Shown one piece after another: positions 1-9,293 of a stretch of 64,000 nucleotides of DNA (within the stretch, counting starts at the first letter, position 1; each line of letters begins with the position of its first letter). The DNA is from an uncultured delta proteobacterium (GTDB lineage: Bacteria; Myxococcota_A; Polyangia; Polyangiales; Polyangiaceae). Location of the stretch: assembly GCA_963850305.1 (NCBI GenBank), contig CAWKKR010000008.1, positions 320,001 through 384,000 on the forward strand. The letters are read 5' to 3'. A model generated the notes under the pieces. That model was given only the letters and a program-made list of their open reading frames with translations, was not told the origin of the DNA and ran no database searches. A program made the translations under genes and the position numbers.

Positions 1-271
1 TGGCTGCGGCCACTTGCTGCACCAGGCAATCCGCCAGGTGCTGCTGATCCAGCGTCGAGTTCAGGAAGTACCCGTTGATCTTCTCATCCGAAAGGACGCG
101 CGACAGGAAGTCTTCAACGACGGCTTCGATGCCCGGCTGCTTGCCGAGCCGCGCATACAGAGTTTCGCTCGCTGCTCCGGCGTCCGCGCCAGTTTTCTTG
201 GCGGACCCAGACCCGCATCCGGCAGCGCCCAGAGCCGTCGCCAGAACCGCCAGTGTCCAACGAAATCGCAT
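1..271 (-). CDS. Group I truncated haemoglobin (2/2 globin) with lipoprotein signal; runs off the window edge
   Basis: Not in the ORF track. Manual translation from ATG 271 (GGAG RBS upstream): MRFRWTLAVLATALGAAGC...SETLYARLGKQPGIEAVVEDFLSRVLSDEKINGYFLNS. Lipobox plus the typical trHbN 'LYxRLG...I.AVV.DF..RV..D..I..YF' pattern. Confidence 0.8.
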   Translation of the reverse strand, partial: MRFRWTLAVLATALGAAGCGSGSAKKTGADAGAASETLYARLGKQPGIEAVVEDFLSRVLSDEKINGYFLNSTLDQQHLADCLVQQVAAA

Positions 272-340
272 GACTACTCCCTGATTTCTCCAACGGCACA
301 CACGGCCGTCCGGGTCCGCTGTGGACCAACTTCCGAATAC

Positions 341-396
341 GGCGAGGACCGCCGTTCGGATTTGTGGCCACGAACGAAGTCCAGAAGCAACCCCGG
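341..396 (+). repeat. 56-bp imperfect direct repeat, copy 1 (copy 2 at 1630-1685)
   Basis: Ungapped 45/56 identity with 1630-1685, including exact CGAAGTCCAGAAGC. Confidence 0.75.
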
Positions 397-657
397 AGGG
401 TTCGGGCAGCGACGGCGGCAAGTCGGCCAGCTTTAGCGGAGCCGCTCTGCACGAAAGACGAGCTCGGCCCGACGCCACGGCATCCACGACGACAGTTGGT
501 CTCGTGCTCACATCTCGCTGAGGGCGACGCGCTCCACCGACGAGTGAAGGTCCTCGTATGCCGACGCGACCGAGGAAAAGCGCCACCGCCCTCGTGCGGC
601 AACCGAGCGAGGCCAGGGCGTGGTTTTTCCGAGTTCCGGGGAGTACCCTTTTCGGTC

Positions 658-1608
658 ATGAAGGCGAAGATTCTCGTTGTCGAAGACTCGAAGGCGCAAC
701 GCGAACGGATTGTCTCCGAGTTACGGCAGCGCGGTTACGAGGTGTCCGAGGCCGCCCAGGGCCTGGCCGCGCTCGTCCAGATCAAGGCGGATCCGCCGGA
801 CGTGGTGATCCTCGACGTCGTGCTCGACGGGATGGATGGTTACAGCGTATGCCGCTGGCTCCGCCTCGGGGAGAGAACGCGAGACGTCGTCATCATCATG
901 CTGACGGTGAAGAACGAAGTGAAGGAGCGGGTGGAGGGACTCCACGTCGGCGCAGACGACTACATTTCCAAACCGTTCGACACGGAAGAGCTCGAAGCGC
1001 GAATCTTCGCGGCTCTGAGGAGCAGGAACGCCAGGGCCGAGCTCAAGCACCGGAACACCGAGCTCGAAGCGATGCTCACCCGCACCGAGCGCCTGGCGAT
1101 GACCGACGCATTGACGGGCATCGCGAGTCGCCGCCGCATCATGGACTTGTTCCGGCACGAATGGGCGAGCGCACGGCGCTACAAGCACACGCTGTCCCTG
1201 CTGCTGTTCGACGTGGACAACTTCAAAGGCGTCAACGACGCGGGAGGGCACTCGGCCGGTGACGAGACGCTCAAGAACGTCGCGCAGATCATCGCCGGCG
1301 GCATTCGCGAAGTAGATTTTTGCGGCAGGTACGGCGGGGACGAATTCATGCTCTTGCTCCCACACACTCCCGCGGAGAACGCGACTGTCGTCGCCGATCG
1401 CATCCGCGCTCAGCTCGCCCGGGCCAAGGCGAGCTGGACCGGCGCGGCATCTGCCATCAGCCTGTCCGTCGGCATCGCTTCCACCGCCGACTCGACGCTC
1501 CTGACTCCGGAAGATCTCGTCGAGGCGGCGGATCGTGCCCTTTACGAGGCCAAGAGCGGAGGCCGTGATCGCGCCGCGGTGGCCCGGCCAGGCATTCTCA
1601 GCCGGTGA
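658..1608 (+). CDS. Response regulator diguanylate cyclase (REC + GGDEF)
   Basis: KILVVEDS...ILDVVLD...ISKPF receiver; RYGGDEF active site preceded by an REVD (RxxD) I-site. Start set at MKAKILV. Confidence 0.95.
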   Translation: MKAKILVVEDSKAQRERIVSELRQRGYEVSEAAQGLAALVQIKADPPDVVILDVVLDGMDGYSVCRWLRLGERTRDVVIIMLTVKNEVKERVEGLHVGADDYISKPFDTEELEARIFAALRSRNARAELKHRNTELEAMLTRTERLAMTDALTGIASRRRIMDLFRHEWASARRYKHTLSLLLFDVDNFKGVNDAGGHSAGDETLKNVAQIIAGGIREVDFCGRYGGDEFMLLLPHTPAENATVVADRIRAQLARAKASWTGAASAISLSVGIASTADSTLLTPEDLVEAADRALYEAKSGGRDRAAVARPGILSR

Positions 1609-1629
1609 GGCTCGTGGCGTCTGGACCAG

Positions 1630-1685
1630 GGCGGGGACCGGCGCTCGGATTCGTGAACGCGAGCGAAGTCCAGAAGCGACGTCGG
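1630..1685 (+). repeat. 56-bp imperfect direct repeat, copy 2
   Basis: Matches 341-396 at a constant offset of 1289 bp. Confidence 0.75.
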
Positions 1686-1716
1686 TACGTATCCAATGCA
1701 TGCGCTCCGGCGTAAG
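1666..1716 (+). promoter_or_regulatory. Two overlapping candidate RpoE/ChrR-type (ECF11-like) promoters
   Basis: AAGTCC-N16-CGTAT (1666-1692) and GTATCC-N16-CGTAA (1689-1715) upstream of the ECF sigma gene. They resemble the TGATCC-N16-CGTA consensus as I recall it for RpoE-ChrR systems. Confidence 0.4.
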
Positions 1717-1807
1717 CCTTCCCGAACCGCGTGCTCGCCCCGGTGTAGGCACGCCCAGCCCGTGGATATTTTCTGGGTTTGCCGCCCTCTTCGGTGAACG
1801 CAAGCCG

Positions 1808-2323
1808 ATGGATCGCCCGAGTTTCGAGTCCATTTTCGCCGAATACGCGCCCCGGGTGCGCGCATACTTCATCCGACATCGCTTGAGCGCGGCGCGCGCG
1901 GACGAGGTGTCGCAGGAGGTCATGCTGACGCTGTGGCACCACACGGACAGCTTCGACCCGTCGAAGGGGTCGATGAGCACGTGGGTCTTCGCCATCGCGC
2001 GGAATCGGCTGGTGGACACCGTTCGCCGCGAGCGGCGACCCGCGCCGGACCCGGAGGACCCGTGCTGGGTGGAGGACCGCCGGAATCAAGCCCCGTCCCC
2101 CGAAGCGGCGACGGGCGAGCTCGGCCGGGCGAGACGGCTCCGGGCAGCCGTGAACGCCTTGCCCGCGGAGCAGCGACGCGTCCTCGAAGGGCTGTATTTC
2201 GAGGGCCAGTCGATGAGCGAGTTCGCTGCGGCGACCGGCATCCCGCTCGGGACCGTCAAAAGCCGCGCCCGACTGGCGCTCCGGACGCTCCGGGAACGGA
2301 TTGCGGAAGAGACCGAAGAATGA
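1808..2323 (+). CDS. rpoE: ECF sigma-70 factor (RpoE type, ChrR partner)
   Basis: Region 2 ADEVSQEVMLTLW...FDPSKGSMSTWVFAIARNRLVD; region 4 GIPLGTVKSRARLAL. ATGA overlap with the anti-sigma gene. Confidence 0.92.
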   Translation: MDRPSFESIFAEYAPRVRAYFIRHRLSAARADEVSQEVMLTLWHHTDSFDPSKGSMSTWVFAIARNRLVDTVRRERRPAPDPEDPCWVEDRRNQAPSPEAATGELGRARRLRAAVNALPAEQRRVLEGLYFEGQSMSEFAAATGIPLGTVKSRARLALRTLRERIAEETEE

Positions 2324-2961
2324 CGCCCAGCCATCACCCCGATGCGGACGAGCTCATCGCGTACGCCGCCGGAACGAGTCCCGAGTGGACCTCGCTCGTC
2401 GTCGCGTGTCACCTGACGTATTGCCCGGAGTGCCGCGAGAGCGTCGAGCTCCTCGACGGACTCGGCGGTGTATTGCTCGACCAGCTCGACGCGCCGGATG
2501 CCCCGACCGTGCCCACCGAGCTCGGTTCCAAAGTGGACGCGACGCGGAAGAAATCCGCACCGACCCTCGGGCTCGAACCCGATCTCCCTCGCCCGCTTCA
2601 CGACTTTTTCGAAGAGGCCTTGCCGCATTTCCGGTTCCTCGCTCCAGGAGTGCAACACATCCCGCTGTCGCTGTCGGTCGGGGGCGTGCGAGCCAGGGTC
2701 GTGAAGTTCAAGCCGGGCTTCACGATCCCCGAACATTCGCACACCGGGCTCGAAATGGTGCTCGTCCTCGACGGAGAGCTCGCCGACACGGCGACGCGGG
2801 AAATCTTCCGAACCGGGGATTCGTCTCGACGAGAGGAGGGGAACACGCACAGCCAGCACGTCACGAGCAGGGATCCGTGCGTGTGCTTGGTCGTCAGCAC
2901 GGCGCCGATCGTCCCGACCTCGATGTGGGGCAAGGTCCTGAAGATGCTGACGGGCGTCTGA
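2320..2961 (+). CDS. chrR: ChrR-family anti-sigma factor (ZAS + cupin)
   Basis: MTPSHHPDADELIAYAAG...HLTYCPEC zinc anti-sigma motif; cupin IPEHSHTGLEMVLVLDG and CVCLVV. Confidence 0.92.
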   Translation: MTPSHHPDADELIAYAAGTSPEWTSLVVACHLTYCPECRESVELLDGLGGVLLDQLDAPDAPTVPTELGSKVDATRKKSAPTLGLEPDLPRPLHDFFEEALPHFRFLAPGVQHIPLSLSVGGVRARVVKFKPGFTIPEHSHTGLEMVLVLDGELADTATREIFRTGDSSRREEGNTHSQHVTSRDPCVCLVVSTAPIVPTSMWGKVLKMLTGV

Positions 2962-2970
2962 GCGCCGCGC

Positions 2971-3702
2971 TCAGCTGGTGAACGGCAGGAACACGCTGAG
3001 CCCGCCCACGAGGGTGACGTCGTTCACCGTTCGCTCGACACCGAGTGGACCGCGGACGGAGCGCACTTGATCCCGCACGTCGAAGCGGAGGCCGAACCAA
3101 TCCGTCATGAAGAATTTCATGCCGAAGCCGCCGGAGCCCGCGACGCCGCGGCTGCCGGACACATCGACCGCGCCAGCGCCGAGCGCGACGTTGAAGTCGA
3201 AGCGCCCGATGGGGCCACCGAACCAGCGCACCTTGCCGTACGCGAGCGTCCAGATCAGATGCCCCATGTACATGTTGATGGGCGAACGTGTGTTGCCTAT
3301 GTCGAGGACGCCCTGGTGCGCCTGGTCCACCGCTTCGACGAAACCGAATTTTTGCTCGGTGCGGAGATAGGACGCCTCCAGTCCCAGGTCCTCGGTGAAG
3401 TGAAAGGTGTACGCGCCACCGTAAATGGGAGCGCCATCGGCGAGGTCGCCCGCGTACCAGCCACCCAGCGGCGAGATCTCGTGCCGGAGGGCCTTCTTGA
3501 ACTTGCGAGGCACGACGCCGCGGTAGGCGCGCTTGCCGACCAGTTCTTGCTTGAGTTCCTCGTCCACGCACTGCGCTCTCGCGGGAGCGCTCCGGACGAC
3601 GATGGCCCCCGCGACGAGCAGGCCGGCGATGAGGGGCGAACGAAGCTCCAAGCCTTCCTTCGATATCCCAGGCGCGCCCGCTCGGGCAACCGACACGAAC
3701 AT
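2971..3702 (-). CDS. Myxobacterial outer-membrane beta-barrel protein
   Basis: Signal peptide (...APARA-QC), amphipathic strands (GGAYTFHFTEDLGLEASY, WFGLRFDVRD), terminal LSVFLPF. The start may be TTG 3651. Confidence 0.8.
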   Translation of the reverse strand: MFVSVARAGAPGISKEGLELRSPLIAGLLVAGAIVVRSAPARAQCVDEELKQELVGKRAYRGVVPRKFKKALRHEISPLGGWYAGDLADGAPIYGGAYTFHFTEDLGLEASYLRTEQKFGFVEAVDQAHQGVLDIGNTRSPINMYMGHLIWTLAYGKVRWFGGPIGRFDFNVALGAGAVDVSGSRGVAGSGGFGMKFFMTDWFGLRFDVRDQVRSVRGPLGVERTVNDVTLVGGLSVFLPFTS

Positions 3703-3762
3703 CCGGGGCGAAGAAAGCGTTCGGGCGCCGAGCTCCCCGGGCCGGGGTATCGTGATGAAAGG

Positions 3763-5097
3763 ATGCCGATGAGGTTCCGAACAGCCTTCGTGAGGCACCT
3801 TCGATGGCCTCCCTCGCTTGCCCTGGTCGTCGCGGCGGTCGCCGTACCTGCGCGCGCCGCGCCGGCCCGGTGCACGAATGGCGAGCAGAGCGCGCTCGTC
3901 GAGCTCGGCTGCGAGCTGCAGCAAGGACTCGGTACGGCGACTGCCGGCACGACCGTCGCGGTGGGCCGGGTTACGAGCGATCGAGCCGTGTCCCGGGAAG
4001 ACGAGCTCCGTCGGCGATTCGCGGCGGCGGTCGGCGGCGCGACGGAACCGGGCGCTTCGACGCTCGCCCAGGCGCGCGCGCTGGCGGCCAAGGCGACACG
4101 CGTCGTCTTCGCGACGCTCGAGATCCACGGCGGCGAGGTCCGCGCCACCGCGGACGCGTACCCGGTGACGCATGGCTTCTGGGACCGACTCCGCGATCCG
4201 GAACCCGCCGCGACTGCGCACGCATTCGGAGAGCGGCGGCTCGACGCCGAGATCGCATCCTTCCTGCCGCCGGTGCCGCTCGTGGCGCGCGTGACGGAAC
4301 GCGCGTCCGATCCGACGAGCGACGTCGTCGCGCTGGCGTGCGGCGACGTCGACGGCGACGGCGCGCTCGAGCTCGTGACGATGGGACGGCGCGAGATTGA
4401 GATGGGACGCGTTCGCGCGGGTCACTTCGTCGCGACCGCGAGCGTCGCGTGGCCTGCTCTGTCGCCCGTCGCAGCGAGTCCGCTTCGCGAACCCCTAGGC
4501 TCGATCGAAATCGAGACCGGACACGGCGTCAGGGTCGGACTCACGGATCGCGCGGCGGGCCACCGATTGTCGTCCTCGCTGTCTCCGGAAGCGGAGCTCG
4601 ACGGCAGCTTGCCGTTCGGGCCGTTCGGGTGCCTGGTGAGAACCGGAACGGCCGTGGGCAACGCCGTACCGTGCACGAAGGGCGACGCGACGCGAGCCGC
4701 GGACTTCGGCACGATCGACGCCTTCGCGTGGGGAACGATGCTCGACGGCGCGGGCCGCGTGCGGACGATCGTCGCGACGCGCAGCGAGGCGGACGGCAGC
4801 GTCACGCTGAAGGACGAGTCGGGGCGAACGGCACGCGTGGCGGACGCCGGCGCGGCGCTCGCGGTGGGCGACCTGAATCTCGACGGCGAACCCGAGCTCG
4901 TGACGAGCGTGGACACGCTGAACCCAGCCGACGACGCGCTCGTCGTAAGCTCGTGGACGAGCGACGGGAACGTGAAGGAGCGGCTGCGCATTCCGGTCCC
5001 GGAAGGCATCCGCGCGATTGCCGCGTGCCCCCCGGAAGACGCTGGGCTTTCGGCCATCGCCGTTGCGACCGGCAATGGGCTGTGGATCGTGCGATGA
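3763..5097 (+). CDS. Secreted FG-GAP/VCBS-repeat protein
   Basis: Signal peptide; LACGDVDGDGALELV and LAVGDLNLDGEPELV repeats. Confidence 0.75.
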   Translation: MPMRFRTAFVRHLRWPPSLALVVAAVAVPARAAPARCTNGEQSALVELGCELQQGLGTATAGTTVAVGRVTSDRAVSREDELRRRFAAAVGGATEPGASTLAQARALAAKATRVVFATLEIHGGEVRATADAYPVTHGFWDRLRDPEPAATAHAFGERRLDAEIASFLPPVPLVARVTERASDPTSDVVALACGDVDGDGALELVTMGRREIEMGRVRAGHFVATASVAWPALSPVAASPLREPLGSIEIETGHGVRVGLTDRAAGHRLSSSLSPEAELDGSLPFGPFGCLVRTGTAVGNAVPCTKGDATRAADFGTIDAFAWGTMLDGAGRVRTIVATRSEADGSVTLKDESGRTARVADAGAALAVGDLNLDGEPELVTSVDTLNPADDALVVSSWTSDGNVKERLRIPVPEGIRAIAACPPEDAGLSAIAVATGNGLWIVR

Positions 5098-6386
5098 GAC
5101 TCGGGCGGCGCGCGTTTCTCGCGGCGGCGTTCGCGACGCGCTACGCGCCCGCCCTCGGACGAGTACCGTCGTACGGCACGCTGTCGCTGGAGCTGCCCTT
5201 CAGGTTCGACGCCGTCGATCCTCACTCGGCTGACGACGCGGCCAGCGCGCTCTTCGCGCCGGCAATCGCGGATACGCTGTTCGCGTGGGACCCGTCGTCG
5301 CGGCCCTATCCCGCGCTCGCAGCGGCGATGCCCGAAGCCGTCGCCGGGGGCACGAGAGTCGCGCTCCGCCCGGGCCTCGTGACGGCGCGTGGACGGCCAC
5401 TCGACGCGAGAGACGTCGTCGCGTCCCTGGCGCGCGCCCGAGCGCGTGCCGCGCGACCGCTGCTCGCGGCGTTCGGCAAAGCACGACAACACGACGCGCT
5501 GACCATCGTCGTTCCGGGTGCGACTCCCGAGGCCGTCGCCGACGCGCTCGCGAGCCCGGTGACGGCCATCGTGCCGCGAGGGTTTTCCGCCGAGGAACCG
5601 GACGGCACGGGTGCGTTTCGGGCGACGCGAACGCCGGACGGGATGGCGTTCGAGCGCAACGAGCGGGCCGCGCGAGGGCCGGCCTTCCTCGATCGCATCC
5701 TGGTCCGGCACGCTCCCGATCTCGCCTCGAGCCTCCGCGCGTTCGAGTCCGGCGATGCCGACGTCGGCTGGCTCGGCGCCGGGCTTCACCGTCGGCGTGC
5801 GGGCGCGATCGACTTCCGCACCGGGCGGCTCGGCTTCGTCGTGCTGCGTACGGGTTCGCTCGCCGGCAACTGGAGCTCACCCGGGATCGCAGAACGACTC
5901 GTGATCGGCATGGACCCGGCCCGGTTCGCGCACCTCGCGCTCGTCCGGCACGGCGCGGTCGGCGCCGAAGAGCACTGGGGCGGAGCGCCGGCAGATCTCG
6001 TCGTGGACGGCGGCTCTCCGTATCTCGTGGAGGTGGCCACCGTCGTTGCCGGAATTCTTTCGGAACCCGGACACGAGATACGTGTGGCTCCCTTGCCTGG
6101 CCCAGAGCTTCGCAGCCGCATCCAGCAACGCCGGTATGCGCTGGCGATCGACATCGTGCGACTGCTGGGCCCGTCCGAGCGCCATCTGCTCCTGTCGCTT
6201 CTCGAGGCTGCCGATCCGGCGCTCGCCGATCACCCCCCGAACCTCGCGACGCCGGACGTGGACACGCTCGGACGCACGCTGCCGCTCGCGGTACTCGGCG
6301 AACTCGCCGTCGTGGGCGCTCGCGTCCCCGACGTTCACGGCCTTGCGCAATGGGATCTGGGGTCCGTGTATCGTGACCGCAGATGA
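5094..6386 (+). CDS. ABC transporter substrate-binding protein family 5-like (Tat signal)
   Basis: MRLGRRAFL twin-Arg; DAVDPH...IADTLF...PALA, LDARDVVASL, GTGAFR, FESGDADVG motifs. ATGA overlap with the upstream gene. Confidence 0.75.
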   Translation: MRLGRRAFLAAAFATRYAPALGRVPSYGTLSLELPFRFDAVDPHSADDAASALFAPAIADTLFAWDPSSRPYPALAAAMPEAVAGGTRVALRPGLVTARGRPLDARDVVASLARARARAARPLLAAFGKARQHDALTIVVPGATPEAVADALASPVTAIVPRGFSAEEPDGTGAFRATRTPDGMAFERNERAARGPAFLDRILVRHAPDLASSLRAFESGDADVGWLGAGLHRRRAGAIDFRTGRLGFVVLRTGSLAGNWSSPGIAERLVIGMDPARFAHLALVRHGAVGAEEHWGGAPADLVVDGGSPYLVEVATVVAGILSEPGHEIRVAPLPGPELRSRIQQRRYALAIDIVRLLGPSERHLLLSLLEAADPALADHPPNLATPDVDTLGRTLPLAVLGELAVVGARVPDVHGLAQWDLGSVYRDRR

Positions 6387-6405
6387 CCGCGGGTCCGCGG
6401 GCACG

Positions 6406-7173
6406 TCACTTCGGCGGCATGCGGAGCGCGCCGTCGAGACGGATGACCTCGCCGTTCAGCATCGCGTTTTCGACGATGTGGACCGCGAGCGCCGCGAATT
6501 CTACGGGCTGGCCCAGGCGATTCGGGAACGGGATCCCGGCCGCGAGCGCCTGGCGGGCCTCCTCCGGCAGATTGGCGAGCATCGGAGTATCGAAGGTGCC
6601 CGGCGCGATCGTCATGACGCGGACCCCGAAGCGCGCAAGCTCACGCGCGACGGGCAGCGTCATCCCGACGACGCCGGCCTTCGACGCGGAGTAGGCGACC
6701 TGACCGATCTGGCCGTCGAACGCGGCAATCGACGCCGTCGTGACGATCACGCCGCGCTCGCCACCCGGATCCGGCGCGTTCTCCGTCATCGCCGCCGCCG
6801 CGATGCGGAGCATGTTGAACATGCCGACGAGATTCACGTTCACCGTGAGCTGGAAGAGTTCGAGCGGGAACAGGCCCGACTTTCCGACGACGCGACCCGC
6901 CGTCCCGATGCCCGCGCAACCGATCGCGATGTGGACGGCTCCGAACTCGGTTCGCGCTCGCTCGACCGCGGCGGTCATCTGCGACTCGCTCGTGACATCC
7001 GTTTCGATGAACACGGCGTTCGCGCCGAGCTCCTTTGCGAGCGCCTCACCGGGCACCGACGCCTTGTCCAGGATGACGACCTTCGCGCCGCGCGCCACGA
7101 GCGCGCGCACCGTCGCCCCGCCGAGTCCCGACGCGCCGCCCGTGACGAGCGCTACCTTGTTCTTCGGATCCAT
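6406..7173 (-). CDS. SDR 3-hydroxyacyl-CoA dehydrogenase (HSD10 type)
   Basis: [35 protein letters not shown]. Confidence 0.95.
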   Translation of the reverse strand: MDPKNKVALVTGGASGLGGATVRALVARGAKVVILDKASVPGEALAKELGANAVFIETDVTSESQMTAAVERARTEFGAVHIAIGCAGIGTAGRVVGKSGLFPLELFQLTVNVNLVGMFNMLRIAAAAMTENAPDPGGERGVIVTTASIAAFDGQIGQVAYSASKAGVVGMTLPVARELARFGVRVMTIAPGTFDTPMLANLPEEARQALAAGIPFPNRLGQPVEFAALAVHIVENAMLNGEVIRLDGALRMPPK

Positions 7174-7180
7174 CTTTTCC

Positions 7181-7913
7181 TCACGGCAGTTTTTCGGGCC
7201 CCGGCAGGCCGCCCTGGCCCTCCACGAACGCGACGATCGAGTCGCCGAGCTTCGCGTCGTTCTCCACGCATTTCTTGCTGACGTCGCCCACGTCCACGCC
7301 CTTGCATTCCCTGCGCTGGGCCAGATACGCGTCGTTCACGGTCGCATCCTTGCGGAGCGCCTCGCGCATCCCGTCGTCGATGTGCCGCCACTCGATGCGC
7401 GGATGTTTCGGCTTCGGCGGCTTTCGCGTCGTGACCTCTTCGGTCTGGAGCGAGACGCAGCTGCCGTCCCATCGGAGCGCCTGGTAACCCCCCATTCCGG
7501 TCATCTGCATCCCGCCCTTGGGTGGGGTCTTCGCGGAGAGCAAGAGCACCTCCTCGTCGAACTCGAGAAAGCCACGCACCGACGCACCGTCCGCGTTCCA
7601 TGCTTCCGTTCGTCGCGTGAGGTAGGCGCGTGTCCACGGCGTGTCCTTGGCGAACAAAGCAAGCGCGACGTTGGGGTAAACGCCGGCACAGAGTCGTTCG
7701 ACGAAGTCGTGCGGCACCTTGCACAGGTCCCCGTCCTGGCCGTCGCACTCGGTCGGAAGCGACGCGGCCTTAGCCGGAGACACGGTCGCGACGGGGTCCG
7801 GTGCGGGTTCCGAATCGGACCGCGGCGGCAGCCGGCGCCTCGGGCGCTGCTGCCGGCCTGGATGAACCGCACGCGACGAGGACGGCGCCGATGGGGATGA
7901 AATAAGAACGCAC
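7181..7913 (-). CDS. Hypothetical lipoprotein, apparent +1 frameshift at ~7813
   Basis: GTG 7913 gives [15 protein letters not shown] (lipobox). Removing one A from GAATC (7812-7816) joins it to the 200-aa ORF 7181-7783. Confidence 0.7.
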
Positions 7914-8030
7914 GAGGTCGTGCACCAGAACGCGCCCGGAACGAAGCGTCAAGGACCGGGCCCCCTGCCAACGCGGTCAGCAGGAAGATCGTCGCGGGAG
8001 CCACCCCGACCACCGCCACGCTCACCTTCG

Positions 8031-8258
8031 CTCGACTCGAGCAATCCCGAGCTCGCCCAAGCTCGATCCGGCTCGCGTCGAGCCATCCCGAGCTCGGAGG
8101 AGCGCTCTGCCGCCCGGATGAGCCGTCGCGATGCTCAATCGAGCGCCGCACGACTCGATTCGAGCCGCGCCGAGCTCAATCGAGCGACGCATGACCTCGA
8201 TTCGAGCCGCGGTGAGCTCGCCGGAGCACGGTCTCGCCTCGATTCGAGCCGGCGGGGG
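8031..8258. repeat. Degenerate 21-bp-period tandem array
   Basis: CTCGATTCGAGCC recurs at 8154, 8196 and 8238, with related units in between. Translates as Leu heptads (LDSSRAE/LNRATHD/LDSSRGE). Confidence 0.6.
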
Positions 8259-8422
8259 CACAGACGAGCTTTTTTTCGCTCGCGACGAGCCGCGCGACGC
8301 AGGCGTGAGCCCCTGGACGCGCTCGACGAGCAAACCGAGCACACGCATGCGCTGCGCTGCCGAGCGAGTGAGCAAAGTCCGGCAACCCCTCCCGATGCGC
8401 TCGAACAGGGGGCCTCGCGCAT

Positions 8423-9247
8423 CTAGGGGCCATCGCTCGACGCGTCCCGGATGGAACGCGTGCCCGCGTCCGCGCTCGCGTCACGTTCCGACGCTCCGCC
8501 GCTTTCGGACGCTCCGTCCGTGGACGCATCGGTCCCTCCCGCGCCCACGCTAGATCCGCCCGACCCGACGGTGGTGCCGCCACTCGACGCATCAGCCTCC
8601 GTGCCCCCGGACGAGCTGCCGGCATCTGCCGTCCCGCCCGCACCCGGTGAGCCGCCAGCTTCCTCTACGCCGCCCGCACCCGGCGATCCGCCCGATTCAT
8701 CTGCGCCACCGGCACCCGGCGATCCGCCCGATTCATCTGCGCCACCGGCACCCGGCGATCCGCCCGATTCATCTGCGCCACCGGCACCCGGCGATCCGCC
8801 GGCACCCGGCGATCCGCCGGCACCCGGCGATCCGCTGGCACCCGGCGAACCGCCAGCACCCGGCGAACCGCTGGCACCCGGCGAACCGCCGGCTTCCTCT
8901 CCGCCGCCGGCACCCGGCGAACCGCTGGCACCCGGCGAACCGCCGGCTTCCTCTCCGCCACCGGCACCCGGCGAACCACCGGCTTCCTCTGCGCCACCGG
9001 CACCCGGCGATCCGCCGGCACCCGACGAGCCGCCCGAACTCGACGAACCGCAATCGCAGATGCCCCATTGCGCGTTCGCGCCGCATCGTTCGCCGCCGGC
9101 GCACGCACCCGGGCCGACACAGGTGCGCGTGTCTCCTGGCGAGCAGAGCCCGTGGCCCGCGTCGTAAGTCGAGTCGCCGAAGAGACTCTTGGAGTCCGAT
9201 GAGCACCCGACCGCGGCCGATACGAGCACGACGACCGCGAGGGCCAT
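8423..9247 (-). CDS. Gly/Ser-rich lipoprotein with a Cys-rich domain and GGSPGA repeats
   Basis: MALAVVVLVSAAVGC lipobox; CSPGDTRTCVGPGACAGGERC; repeated GGSPGA. Confidence 0.8.
   Translation of the reverse strand: MALAVVVLVSAAVGCSSDSKSLFGDSTYDAGHGLCSPGDTRTCVGPGACAGGERCGANAQWGICDCGSSSSGGSSGAGGSPGAGGAEEAGGSPGAGGGEEAGGSPGASGSPGAGGGEEAGGSPGASGSPGAGGSPGASGSPGAGGSPGAGGSPGAGGADESGGSPGAGGADESGGSPGAGGADESGGSPGAGGVEEAGGSPGAGGTADAGSSSGGTEADASSGGTTVGSGGSSVGAGGTDASTDGASESGGASERDASADAGTRSIRDASSDGP
8625..9030. repeat. Intragenic 18/36-bp tandem repeats
   Basis: Many copies of GCACCCGGCGA(T/A)CCGCC encoding GGSPGA. Confidence 0.85.
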
Positions 9248-9293
9248 CCCCTTGCGCGGGCTTTCGCCCCAGGGAATCACTCTCGGAGCTCCC

